DNA from: Planctomycetota bacterium
GTDB lineage: Bacteria; Planctomycetota; Phycisphaerae; Phycisphaerales; UBA1924
Reading direction: 5' to 3'
DNA length: 64,000 bases
Assembly (NCBI GenBank): GCA_033763815.1
Contig: JANRJU010000020.1
Span: 78,724-142,723 of the forward strand
In this document: positions 47,997-57,476 of the stretch, one piece after another
Layout of the letters: the number at the start of each line of letters is the position of its first letter
Position numbering within the stretch: position 1 is the first letter of the stretch
Notes under the pieces: model-generated
What the model saw: the letters and a program-made list of their open reading frames with translations, nothing else
What the model was told of the DNA's origin: nothing
Databases searched by the model: none
Translations under genes and position numbers: made by a program

Positions 47997-49724
47997 ATGA
48001 CTCTCAAGACACTCAAGGTACTGCCCCGCTCTCTGCTGTCGGGCTGTGCTTTCTCGAATGTGCCTTGCTTTGGGCTTGCAGCACTTAGCGCCGCGCCGCT
48101 GCTGGTTGCTGCCACCGCGTGGGGCGCGTCGCCCGGCGTGCGCTCGCAGGCGCTCGTCCGCACGGGTCAAGCGACCGGCATTGCGGACGTAACGTTCCTC
48201 GCGCCGTACGACCCCCGCGTGCTGAGCGATGGCCGCCTGACGTTCTGGTCGAGGCTTGCCGGCACGGGCGTCACCGCGGCCAACAACGACTCATTGTGGC
48301 TCCTCCCCGCCGAGCCCGGCTCGCCTCCTGGGCTCATCCAGCGCGAGGGTGGCACCGTCACCGGTCAAGCGGGGGTCTTCTCGGGCCTTTCGCCCGGCGC
48401 AGCTTCGCTCGTCAACGGACAAGCGCGCGTGATCTACGCCTCGGCGATCAACAACTTGGCGTCGCCGACGTTGCCCACGAGCCTCGGGCTCTTTGACATC
48501 GCGGGCACAGCCTTGGATCGCGACGAGGTCGGACGCGTGCAGATCCCTGCGCTCCCCCACCTCGATCCTCAGGGTCAGAGCACGTGGGTGCAGGGCAACT
48601 GGCGCTCGGGCGTCGGCACCACCATGGAAGACCTGGGCGGGATCGTCGCCGACCAGTCCATGACCGTGCCCGGAGCGGGCGGCGCCGACCTGCCGGCCGA
48701 GGCGCGCTTCCGCACCTTCTCGCAGCCTGAGCCCAGTGAAGCCAGCGACCTGGCGTTCCGCGCCGAAGCCGGAGTCTCGGCGACTGACGCCTCGGACTGG
48801 AAGGCGGGCATCTGGACCACGCTGGGTGGCCCGCTCTCACTGGTCGCGCTCGAAGGTCGCGAAGTCCCCGGTACGAGCCCGGCACAAACTTGGGTGGACT
48901 TTGGCGATGAGGTCCAGATCTCGAACGGGCGCATCGCGTTCTGGGGCCGCTTCTCGGGCGGCGCTGAACCCGGTTTGGACACAGGCATCTTTGCCAGCAC
49001 CCCAGACGGGATTGTCGCTGTCGCGCTCGCGGGCGACCCAATCCCTGGCAACAGCAACGAGTTCTTCGCCAGCTTCTCCCGGCGGTTCGATCTCGCGCCC
49101 GACGGCGGCGTCGCCCTTCTTGCCCGTTTGCTGGAGAGCCCCTCCGCTGCCAACTCCGCGATCTTCGTCGTCCGCGGGGGCGACGATGGACGCGAGATCG
49201 TTCGCGAAGGCGATGTGCTTCCCGGCGGAACCAGCGGCGAGCGACTGTTCCTTCTGCAACCGCCGCGGCTTGGGCCCACGGGGCAGGCCGCCTTCAAGGC
49301 GATGCTCCGCGGGCCCGATGTGACGCCCGCAACGGCCAGCGTGCTGCTGGCGACCAACCCCGTTGGCGAGTTGGTGCAGGTTGTCCGTTCGGGCGATGTC
49401 GTCACGCTCGCGCCGGGCGTTTCCAAGACCGTTCGCTCGATCTTCTTTGACAGCGACGCGCAGGACGCCGGCTGGTCGCAGATGGACGCCGCAAACGCGG
49501 TGTATTACACGCTCGACTTCACCGACAACACCAAGGCGCTCATGCGGTCGCTCGTCGCCTGCGTCGCCGACTTTGACACCAGCGGCACCGTCGATCTCTT
49601 CGATTACCTTGACTTTGCCGCCGCCTTCGCTGCGGAGGAATCGAGCGCCGACATCGACCAGAACGGGCAGGTCGACCTCTTTGACTATCTTGAGTTTGCC
49701 GCCTCATTTGGCAGCGGCTGCTGA
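47997..49724 (+). CDS. secreted repeat (G-x-x-A/T-F) protein with a double GC-type dockerin-like tail
   Basis: Signal peptide present. Recurring units are SDGRLTFWSRL, SNGRIAFWGRF, PDGGVALLARL and PTGQAAFKAML. The protein ends CVADFDTSGTVDLFDYLDFAAAF...DIDQNGQVDLFDYLEFAASFGSGC followed by the stop. Confidence 0.75.
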   Translation: MTLKTLKVLPRSLLSGCAFSNVPCFGLAALSAAPLLVAATAWGASPGVRSQALVRTGQATGIADVTFLAPYDPRVLSDGRLTFWSRLAGTGVTAANNDSLWLLPAEPGSPPGLIQREGGTVTGQAGVFSGLSPGAASLVNGQARVIYASAINNLASPTLPTSLGLFDIAGTALDRDEVGRVQIPALPHLDPQGQSTWVQGNWRSGVGTTMEDLGGIVADQSMTVPGAGGADLPAEARFRTFSQPEPSEASDLAFRAEAGVSATDASDWKAGIWTTLGGPLSLVALEGREVPGTSPAQTWVDFGDEVQISNGRIAFWGRFSGGAEPGLDTGIFASTPDGIVAVALAGDPIPGNSNEFFASFSRRFDLAPDGGVALLARLLESPSAANSAIFVVRGGDDGREIVREGDVLPGGTSGERLFLLQPPRLGPTGQAAFKAMLRGPDVTPATASVLLATNPVGELVQVVRSGDVVTLAPGVSKTVRSIFFDSDAQDAGWSQMDAANAVYYTLDFTDNTKALMRSLVACVADFDTSGTVDLFDYLDFAAAFAAEESSADIDQNGQVDLFDYLEFAASFGSGC

Positions 49725-49738
49725 GGCCAGACGCCAAG

Positions 49739-51088
49739 TCACCGAGTGCTTGAGCGCAAGCGCGCGCACGCGACCTGGGCGGCGCTGAGTCCGCTCCGCG
49801 TCGCACCCTCCATGGTCGCGGGCCAGCCCGTGTCGGCGTAGTCGCCCGCCAGCACGGGCACCCCAGGGCCGAGATCCGCCGGGGGACGCAACCTTTGCGA
49901 GCCGGGAAGCGGCGCAAACGTCGCCAGCCGCTCCTTCACCGCCCGCCCCCATACCAGCATTGCCCCGCGCGCCGCGGGCAAGCACTCGCGGATGTCTCCC
50001 GCAACCCGCTCCAGGATGCGAGGCTCGCCAAGATCCATCCACGCCCGCGCGTCGCTGATCACCGCGTGCACGCGGTCGCCCGCTGGCGACTTGCGAAAGA
50101 GCCATTGCGTCTCGCTCGCGGGAAGCACCGCGTGCGGCACATCGAGCACCGGGCGATCGAACGCGAGATGAACCCCGAGGATCGGGCGATGCTCAAGCCT
50201 GCCGACGTCCGTGAGGCGCTGCACGGCCAACTCGGGCAGGCTGCGACGATCCATCACCCGCCCGACCTGCTCAAAGGGCAGCGCGCACACCACAACGCCT
50301 GCCGTCAGTTCGGTCCCGTCGCGCAGGCGCACACAACGCTCATCGAGCGATTCCGCGCTCGCACCAAGCACAACCCCGCCCCCACTCTCTTGGAGAATCT
50401 CGGGCACGCGCTGGTACAGCGCCTGAAGCGGAACGCTCGGCACGCCAACGGCGCTCGCCCCGCGCGACCACAAGAACCCTTCCTGAAACACGTGCAGCGC
50501 GCTCGAGGCCGAGACGTGTTCAACAGCGCTGTTGCACGCGCTCACCACCACCGGCGACCAGAAGCGCTCGATCGCCCCGGGCGTCGCATCGCAGCGGGAA
50601 AGAAACGCGGCAAACGTCTCCTGCTCGTGCTCGCTCCGCTCGGCCAGCATGATCCCGCGCAGCGCGTGCGCAATTGAGAGCTTGTCCGCCATCGACAAGA
50701 ACCGGGCGCCGAGGAAGGACGGTGCAAAGTGCAAAGGCGGGGGCAAGAGCGAGGGCCGCAGCACGCTCCGGCGTCCGCCCGGCTCGATCCATGTCTGGGT
50801 TGTCGTCCAGCGAAGGAGTGAGTCGGCCCCCAGTCGGCGCAGCAGCGAGAGATAGGCCCGGCAGCAGCCAAGCGTCACATGCTGGCAGTTGTCGAGGGCC
50901 TCGCCCGAGCTCGCATCGATGAACGATGATGCCCGTCCGCCAAGCCTTCGGCGCGCCTCCAGCAACAGCACTCGGACGCCCCGATCGGCCAGCCCGACGG
51001 CGCAGGCAATCCCGGCCAGGCCGCCCCCCACGACAATGGCTTGCGACGCCGAACCAGCCGGCGATCGACGCGTCAGTACCGGCTTCAT
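49739..51088 (-). CDS. hpnE: hydroxysqualene dehydroxylase
   Basis: IVVGGGLAGIACAVGLADRGVRVLLLEARRRLGGRA and the C-terminal GDYADTGWPATMEGATRSG are present. It lies directly downstream of hpnD. Confidence 0.8.
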   Translation of the reverse strand: MKPVLTRRSPAGSASQAIVVGGGLAGIACAVGLADRGVRVLLLEARRRLGGRASSFIDASSGEALDNCQHVTLGCCRAYLSLLRRLGADSLLRWTTTQTWIEPGGRRSVLRPSLLPPPLHFAPSFLGARFLSMADKLSIAHALRGIMLAERSEHEQETFAAFLSRCDATPGAIERFWSPVVVSACNSAVEHVSASSALHVFQEGFLWSRGASAVGVPSVPLQALYQRVPEILQESGGGVVLGASAESLDERCVRLRDGTELTAGVVVCALPFEQVGRVMDRRSLPELAVQRLTDVGRLEHRPILGVHLAFDRPVLDVPHAVLPASETQWLFRKSPAGDRVHAVISDARAWMDLGEPRILERVAGDIRECLPAARGAMLVWGRAVKERLATFAPLPGSQRLRPPADLGPGVPVLAGDYADTGWPATMEGATRSGLSAAQVACARLRSSTR

Positions 51089-51101
51089 CTTGGGCGTCCC
51101 A

Positions 51102-52100
51102 TCAAGCACGGGACGCAACCCACTGTTCCAGGAGCGCGCGGGACGCGATCCAGAGTTTGGTTCGCCTTGGCACGCTGGCGGCCGGCCCCACGCAGAGCTC
51201 CGGACGCTCACGCAGCCGCCCGAGCAGCGTTCGATACGTCCGCGTCATCGCCTGCAGCGCCGCTCGCCCGTCGGAATGCACCAGGTCGTCGAGCGGTTCG
51301 GTCGCGATGAACTCTCGCTCAGCATAGTGGCACCACTCGCGGATGAACGCGGCGCACCGGTCGGCCTCGCGCCAGTGACGCAGGTCGCTCGCCGAGAGCC
51401 CCGCTCGGGCGAGCGAATCCGCGGGCAAGTACACCCTTCGCGGTTCGGCGTCGTAGTCGCAACCGACGTCGCGGAGGATGTTGGTGAGCTGGAACGCAAG
51501 GCCGCGGCGTGAAGCCAGTTCATCGACGCGTGCCATGTCGTCCGATGTCGCTCCCGCACGCAGACCCCACACCCGGATGCACGCGACCCCCACCGTCGAT
51601 GCCACGCCCCGGCAGTACGACCTCAGCTCGTTTTCGCTGGGCATGGGCAGCGGATCGAGATCGCGCCGCAGCGATGTGAACACATCCTCGATCAGCGCTC
51701 GCTCGATCTTGTAGCTCTGAATGGCTTGGGTGAACGCTGGCCAGAACGTGTCCCCGGTCTGGCCCGGGGCGTTCGAAGTAGCCGGTTCCGACGCCCGAGG
51801 CCATCGAACGGATCCACCCCCTTCAGATCCGGCGACAGCATCGCAAATCGCCAGGGAATCTGACGCAAACCGTTCGAGTTCGGCCGCTCGCCCAGCGGGC
51901 GAGGCAACGACATCGTCCGCGTCGCCATCGACGATGTCGTCGGCCCGCCTCATCCAGGCGTAGATCGCGTAGAGCGACGAACGCTTGGGCTCGGGCGTGA
52001 GGCGGAGGCCGAGGTAGAAGTTCCGGGCCCGCCGACGGGTGATCTCGCGGCAATACGCGCGGGAGCGTTCGAGTTGGTCCGGGCTGATCATGCTCGTCAC
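51102..52100 (-). CDS. hpnD: presqualene diphosphate synthase
   Basis: YCREITRRRARNFYLGLRLTP...YAIYAWMRRADDIVD and a second Asp-rich region (ILRDVGCDYD) place it in the squalene/phytoene synthase family. Confidence 0.8.
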   Translation of the reverse strand: MTSMISPDQLERSRAYCREITRRRARNFYLGLRLTPEPKRSSLYAIYAWMRRADDIVDGDADDVVASPAGRAAELERFASDSLAICDAVAGSEGGGSVRWPRASEPATSNAPGQTGDTFWPAFTQAIQSYKIERALIEDVFTSLRRDLDPLPMPSENELRSYCRGVASTVGVACIRVWGLRAGATSDDMARVDELASRRGLAFQLTNILRDVGCDYDAEPRRVYLPADSLARAGLSASDLRHWREADRCAAFIREWCHYAEREFIATEPLDDLVHSDGRAALQAMTRTYRTLLGRLRERPELCVGPAASVPRRTKLWIASRALLEQWVASRA

Positions 52101-52197
52101 GCAGGCGGATGCTGGTGCTGGTCACACGGTCCAGCGGGACTGGTCGGGCTCACCGGCAAGCTCGTTCGATGCTTGGAACCAGGCGGATGAGGGTATC

Positions 52198-53256
52198 TCA
52201 CGATGCGGATCGGGCCATGGCGTTAGCGGGGCTGGCTGGAGAAACCCACGCCTTCATGAACGCCTTGAACACGAGCCCGGCCTTCATTCGTCGAGAGAGT
52301 CTCGGCCGATGCCACAACGTGGCGCAGCCAGTCGCCCGAACGCGCCCGAGGATCGCCACCCCGCCGCTGCGAAAGAGCTCGATCATCGCGGCTCCCTTGT
52401 ATGCATCGCTTCGTGTGCCCCCGCGCGACCGAAGTCGCTCGCGAACCATCGCCGCCAGCGGACGCCCCTGCTCGAACAGTTCTTCGGTTCGGTCGACCAA
52501 AGGCCTCAATCCAAGAATAAACGGTACTCGGGCCGCCGCATCGCCGCCCCGATTGGCCCACTCGCGCAGCAGCCCCTCGTCCCAGCCCGTCAGCTCGCGT
52601 GGCAGATAGATGCGTCCAAGATCGAAAAGGTCGCGCCGAACGTCCTGCCAGAAGTTGATAAGCTGCAGCCCGGTGCAGATCGCGTCGGAGCATCGAAGAA
52701 GGGCCGACTCGCCCCGATCCTCGTCGCTGATGACACCGAGAAGGTGAAGGACGATCCGCCCGACCGGATTGGCCGAACGCGTGCAGTAATCGAGCAACTG
52801 CGCCCAGGTCTCATATCGCAGCACGCGTTGATCCTGCTCGAAGGCGGAGAGCAGATCCTCAAAGAGCCCGACGGGCACACGATGGCGCTCGATCGTGTCG
52901 CGAAGGGCCAGGAGCATGGGATCGAACGGATAGGGTGATTCGCCTCGTGGGCCAGCCACTGGCCTCCCGCTTGGCCCCCCGCTTGGACCGCCCTCGGCGA
53001 TCACCTGACGCAGCCTGGCACGGAGTTCGCCCAGACGGTGCGTCGCCGCCTCCCGGTGCTCCGGGGTAGGAGCAACGCCGGGAGGCAAGCCATAGTCGTC
53101 GCCCAGATCGTCGGCGAGGCGGCAGAACGCGTACACCGACGAGAAGTCGGGGCGAAGCCGCTGTGGCGTCAGGGGCGAGAGAACGCTGAAGTTCTCCTGA
53201 GCGCGGGCGGCGAATTGCTCGAGTGAGGCAACATCGAGCGGGGGTGGCGGGGACAT
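52198..53256 (-). CDS. hpnC: squalene synthase HpnC
   Basis: ENFSVLSPLTPQRLRPDFSSVYAFCRLADDLGDD and INFWQDVRRD are present. Start at the ATG at 53256. Confidence 0.8.
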   Translation of the reverse strand: MSPPPPLDVASLEQFAARAQENFSVLSPLTPQRLRPDFSSVYAFCRLADDLGDDYGLPPGVAPTPEHREAATHRLGELRARLRQVIAEGGPSGGPSGRPVAGPRGESPYPFDPMLLALRDTIERHRVPVGLFEDLLSAFEQDQRVLRYETWAQLLDYCTRSANPVGRIVLHLLGVISDEDRGESALLRCSDAICTGLQLINFWQDVRRDLFDLGRIYLPRELTGWDEGLLREWANRGGDAAARVPFILGLRPLVDRTEELFEQGRPLAAMVRERLRSRGGTRSDAYKGAAMIELFRSGGVAILGRVRATGCATLWHRPRLSRRMKAGLVFKAFMKAWVSPASPANAMARSAS

Positions 53257-53372
53257 CGCCCAGAGCCTAGCCGAGCCCGCGAAGCGGGTTCGGCACAGCA
53301 CGACGCCGGGCGCTCTCCCGGTCTATCCGGCAAAGTTGCTTCCCGGCCCCGACCGGCCCATGATCTGCCCTC

Positions 53373-54278
53373 ATGGCTAAGAACGTCTCACGATGGATCG
53401 TCGTGCTGCTTGCCCTGCTGGTCCTCGGACCGCTCGCGGCCTGGTTCACAGGGTTGCTGCGCGGGCCGACCGGGGGCGAGAACGCGACGCTGCTGGCTTC
53501 CTCGTCGCCCATCGGGGGTTTTCTCGCCGGGCTTACCGCGATCGCGATCGCGACCCTGTTCGGCTGCGTCGTCTCTCGGCTGCTCTCGCTCAAGGCGGGG
53601 CTGAACGCAGCGGGCTTGATTCTCGCCTGGGCCTCCTGGCCGCTAGGAACCTTCGAGAGTGTCGTCCGCGAGCATCGTGCGCCGGGCGTTCTGATCACCC
53701 TCGGCATCGAGGGCCTCATCGTGGGCGCGCTAGGCATTGCGAGCATCGTTGCGATCGTGGCGGCTGGTCGTGTGCACCTGACGAAGGCCATCGTGGGGCC
53801 GGACCTCGACCTGCGATCCGAAAAGTCACTGGCTCGCTCGCTGGTGCAGAGCCTTGCGACCCGTGATTTCCTCGCCGCCGCGGGAATTGCGCTGGCAGCC
53901 GGGGCGGCCCTGGCGTGGGTCGTTGCTTTCGAATCGCTTAAGGGGCAGTCGCTCATGGCTGCAGTTGCCGCCGGAATCGCGGCGGGCGCCGCGGGTCAGC
54001 TCGCGTCGCAGAGCTTCGGTCGTCCGGCAACCCCCGTGATCCCCGCCGCCGCTCTGGGCTTGCTTGCATTCCTGGGCCCGTTGGTTGGCTTCGCCTTCGC
54101 GGGCGGGAACTTCCTGACCGACGCCTATGCGGGCAACTTCTTCCCGCTGGCGGTGCCGAACTCACTGAACTGGGTGGCTGGCATGCTGCTGGGCGGTCCC
54201 GTGGGCCTGGCCTGGGCCGGCTCGATGATCGAGAAGCACGAAGTCGGTGGCTCGCAGACCAACCCGGCACGTTCTTGA
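53373..54278 (+). CDS. polytopic membrane protein of unknown function
   Basis: About 8 hydrophobic segments rich in Gly/Ala/Leu. No motif recognised. Confidence 0.6.
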   Translation: MAKNVSRWIVVLLALLVLGPLAAWFTGLLRGPTGGENATLLASSSPIGGFLAGLTAIAIATLFGCVVSRLLSLKAGLNAAGLILAWASWPLGTFESVVREHRAPGVLITLGIEGLIVGALGIASIVAIVAAGRVHLTKAIVGPDLDLRSEKSLARSLVQSLATRDFLAAAGIALAAGAALAWVVAFESLKGQSLMAAVAAGIAAGAAGQLASQSFGRPATPVIPAAALGLLAFLGPLVGFAFAGGNFLTDAYAGNFFPLAVPNSLNWVAGMLLGGPVGLAWAGSMIEKHEVGGSQTNPARS

Positions 54279-54337
54279 GTCGTCAAGTTCCAAGCGGCGC
54301 GCGAAACTCCCGCCCTCCCCTTCGGAAGAAATTGCCC

Positions 54338-55300
54338 ATGCTGATCCTCTCGCCACGGCGTCGTCCATCCGTTCACCGGCAGTCCCAGCGGAACGACGCA
54401 CCTGCGGCCAAGCTCTCGGCTGGGCTGGCCGCGAGCGGGCTCGCCCTCGCGCTTGGCTTGGGTGGGTGCTCGTCCAGTTGGTCCACCGTCACGGCCACCC
54501 AAGTCTCGAGCGTTCCGGCCCGCGCGGGCGAACCCTTGAGGCTGGAGGCCGCGAACGGCAGCGTCAAGATCGAGCCCTGGGATCAGTCCACCGCGGAGAT
54601 CACCGCCCGCATCTCGGCCCAGAGTAGCGAGCGGCTCAACGCCACCGAGATTCGGGCCGAACCGCTTCCCGGTGGCGGCCTCCATGTCTTTGCGGTCTTT
54701 CCGCCTCCCGGGCGCAAGAATGCCGAGGGCTGCGCCTTCACCATCCGCATGCCCGCCACCGGCGAGACAACCATCCGCACGAGCAATGGGTCGATCGAGC
54801 TCAGCGGCGGGCGCGGGCTCGCCTCCCTCGAAACCTCGAACGGATCCATCACCCTGTCCGATCGCGATGGGCCGGCGGTGCTGGATACCAGCAATGGCAG
54901 GATCGTTGTTGAGAACCTCACGGGAAATCTCGAAGCGGACACCAGCAACGGGAGCATCCGGATCGTCAACGCGGGCGGCGCGGTCGATGTCAGCAGCACG
55001 AACGGGTCCGCCTTCGTGTCGCTTGCTCCCTCGAGCAACGGGCCGGTCGATGTGGACACCTCCAATGGCAGCATCGAGTTCCGGGCTCCCGCGTCGTTTG
55101 CCGGGGCGATCGAGCTCGATCGCTCCAACGGGCGGTCCCGCGTGCACCAGGCGGGCAAGCTCGTGTTCAGCACCCGGGGCGACAGCCACTATGGAGATGG
55201 CCCACGCCGGGCTCGCCTGGACACCAGCAACGGCAACATCGATGTGTATCTGGAAGCACCGGACCACTCCGAGCCCGCCCCCAAGCCGAACTCCAACTAA
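54338..55300 (+). CDS. DUF4097-like beta-repeat lipoprotein
   Basis: The lipobox is ALGLGGC. Repeated (E/D)TSNGSI(T/R/E) rungs follow (IRTSNGSIELS, ETSNGSITLS, DTSNGRIVVE, DTSNGSIRIV, STNGSAFVSL, DTSNGSIEFR, DTSNGNIDVY). An alternative TTG at 54275 overlaps the upstream stop (TTGA). Confidence 0.7.
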   Translation: MLILSPRRRPSVHRQSQRNDAPAAKLSAGLAASGLALALGLGGCSSSWSTVTATQVSSVPARAGEPLRLEAANGSVKIEPWDQSTAEITARISAQSSERLNATEIRAEPLPGGGLHVFAVFPPPGRKNAEGCAFTIRMPATGETTIRTSNGSIELSGGRGLASLETSNGSITLSDRDGPAVLDTSNGRIVVENLTGNLEADTSNGSIRIVNAGGAVDVSSTNGSAFVSLAPSSNGPVDVDTSNGSIEFRAPASFAGAIELDRSNGRSRVHQAGKLVFSTRGDSHYGDGPRRARLDTSNGNIDVYLEAPDHSEPAPKPNSN

Positions 55301-55338
55301 CGCTTGAACTCGCCCGAGCCACCTGGCGTAATCGACCC

Positions 55339-56619
55339 ATGACGACCGGCGGCTCCGGGTCCGACAACACCGTCGCCAAGCCACCCGCGCCCAGCAGCGA
55401 CGGAGAACCCAAGCCTGCGCAAGCCGGGACGCCAACCGGAGCAAGCTGGCTCTCGCGCCAAATCATCCAGCCCGGCCGGCGAATCTCGCTCTCGCTCGCA
55501 TGGTTGTCGACGTTCGGCGCGACCGTGTCGATTGTGTTCGGGCGGCTTTGGCCTCAGATGCTCGATCTCACGCACGCCGGCTTTTTCGTCCGTTTCATGA
55601 GTTGGCTGGCGATGCTCGCGCGGACATTCGAGTTCCATGCCGCGCTCGCCGCTGGGGCAGGCGTGATTCTGGCGACGCTGGGCAAGGGTGGCATGCGCAG
55701 GCGCGCGGCCATCGCCGTTGGCTTATTCGCGTCCGCGTGGGGGCTGGCACCTGAGGCCTGGACCGCGATACCACCGGACTGGCGAAGCGGGGGCGGCCCT
55801 GGCGGAACCGCCGCGGCATCACGCCCCACCACACCCTCTCTCAGCCCGAGCCCGCGTGACCAGATCGTCCTCGTCACCGCCAACGTGCTGGTTGGCGATC
55901 GCCCTCGATTAGCGAAGCGCCTGCTCGCGATGGTGGACGAGGAAAAACCCGACGTTCTCCTGTTGCAGGAGTGGGACGAACACTGGGCCCGGCGAGCGGA
56001 ACCGGAGCTTCGCAAGCGGTTCTCGCACGTTCAAGGGCTGATCGGGCCGGGAGCGTTCGGTCAAGCGGTGTGCACAAACATCGAGCCGAGCGGGCCCATC
56101 AAGCTCTATCCGCCTTTCGGACCTCGGGGTGCGTGGATGACGCCGCAGATGAGGCTGATTTTGCCGCTGGCGGGGCCTGAGAGCCGCCCGCCCCTCAACG
56201 TGCTTATCCAGAACATCCACCTTCTCTCGCCCTCGTGGCAGAATAACTTCGACCAGTTCGTGCACCAGCGAGAGGAAGTTCGCGACCTTGGCATCTGGCT
56301 CGAGGGGCGTCCGGGCGACGAAGCCCGCCATTTGCCAGAGGGCGACGGCGCCCTGGTGCTCGCGGGCGACTTCAACATGCACCCGACGAGCGCTTATGCC
56401 CAGATTCTCCGCGATGCCGGCCTCCGCGACGCCCATCGCGAGGCGGGCTTCGGGCGGGGAACGACCTGGCCCCGCGTCAGTCGGCTGCGATATGCCCCGG
56501 GCATCCGGCTTGACCAGGTCTGGGTGCGGGGCGGGCTGCGGGTGGTCGAATGCCGAACGCTTGCCGACATCGGTTCGGACCACCGCCCGGTGCTGGTACG
56601 CCTTCGCCGGGCGGACTGA
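55339..56619 (+). CDS. membrane-anchored endonuclease/exonuclease/phosphatase (EEP) family protein
   Basis: N-terminal hydrophobic segments are followed by VTANVLVG, DVLLLQEW, AGDFNMHPTS and GSDHRPVLVRL. Confidence 0.75.
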   Translation: MTTGGSGSDNTVAKPPAPSSDGEPKPAQAGTPTGASWLSRQIIQPGRRISLSLAWLSTFGATVSIVFGRLWPQMLDLTHAGFFVRFMSWLAMLARTFEFHAALAAGAGVILATLGKGGMRRRAAIAVGLFASAWGLAPEAWTAIPPDWRSGGGPGGTAAASRPTTPSLSPSPRDQIVLVTANVLVGDRPRLAKRLLAMVDEEKPDVLLLQEWDEHWARRAEPELRKRFSHVQGLIGPGAFGQAVCTNIEPSGPIKLYPPFGPRGAWMTPQMRLILPLAGPESRPPLNVLIQNIHLLSPSWQNNFDQFVHQREEVRDLGIWLEGRPGDEARHLPEGDGALVLAGDFNMHPTSAYAQILRDAGLRDAHREAGFGRGTTWPRVSRLRYAPGIRLDQVWVRGGLRVVECRTLADIGSDHRPVLVRLRRAD

Positions 56620-56675
56620 AACGCCCGCGGCGCTCCTTGTCCATCCGGTGTCCACTTTGCTACCGTTTGCGACCT

Positions 56676-57242
56676 ATGCCCATCCGCGACGAAGACATCA
56701 TCGAGCTTTCCACCCCCAAGCTCAGCGCCCTGGAAGCGCTTTATCTGCCCGAGATCTTCAAGGGCATGGGCACGACGCTGCGCCACATGGTCACGAGCTT
56801 TGGTGCGGGCAAGTTTCTCCCGGCCAATCTCAACACCAGCCGGACGATGCAATATCCCGAAGAGCGTCGCGAGCACATGATCCCCGAGCGCGGTGGCATG
56901 AACGCGAGCAACTTCCGGGGCGTGCACCGCCTCAACCGTGACGAGCAGGGACGCGTGAAATGCGTCGCCTGCATGATGTGCCCCACCATCTGTCCGGCGC
57001 GGTGCATCCACATCGAAGCTGCGCAGAGCCCCTGGGATGACCGCGAGAAGTACCCCAAGAAGTTCGAGATCGACGAGCTTCGCTGCATCTTCTGCGGCAT
57101 GTGCGAAGAGGCCTGCCCGGTCGACGCGATCGAGCTCACGACCGAGTACGACATCGTGGGCAAGAGCCGCCAGGAAATGGTCTTCGACAAAGAGAAGCTG
57201 CTGCACGTCTACGACGTGACCATCAGCAAGAAGCCAATGTAG
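56676..57242 (+). CDS. nuoI: NADH-quinone oxidoreductase subunit I
   Basis: Two 4Fe-4S motifs are present (CVACMMCPTICP and CIFCGMCEEACP), plus YPEERRE and RGVHRL. Confidence 0.85.
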   Translation: MPIRDEDIIELSTPKLSALEALYLPEIFKGMGTTLRHMVTSFGAGKFLPANLNTSRTMQYPEERREHMIPERGGMNASNFRGVHRLNRDEQGRVKCVACMMCPTICPARCIHIEAAQSPWDDREKYPKKFEIDELRCIFCGMCEEACPVDAIELTTEYDIVGKSRQEMVFDKEKLLHVYDVTISKKPM

Positions 57243-57476
57243 CTTCCCGCGGCGCCGATAGGGTTACCCCCCAGCGAAAAACCCCCAAGGTGCGGATGCG
57301 TCGCTCTCGAAAGCCGGCTTGTAACCCGGAATCGGGAACGATCTCCCGCAGTTGTGTCCGCGGGTGACGGACGCATCCAAACAAGCGAGACGGGCGGGCC
57401 GACGAAGGAGCGAGCGCGGAACTGAACCCTCGCGCCCCTGGAATCGGTCACCTTGGTCACGCGAGTGCTTCACAAG

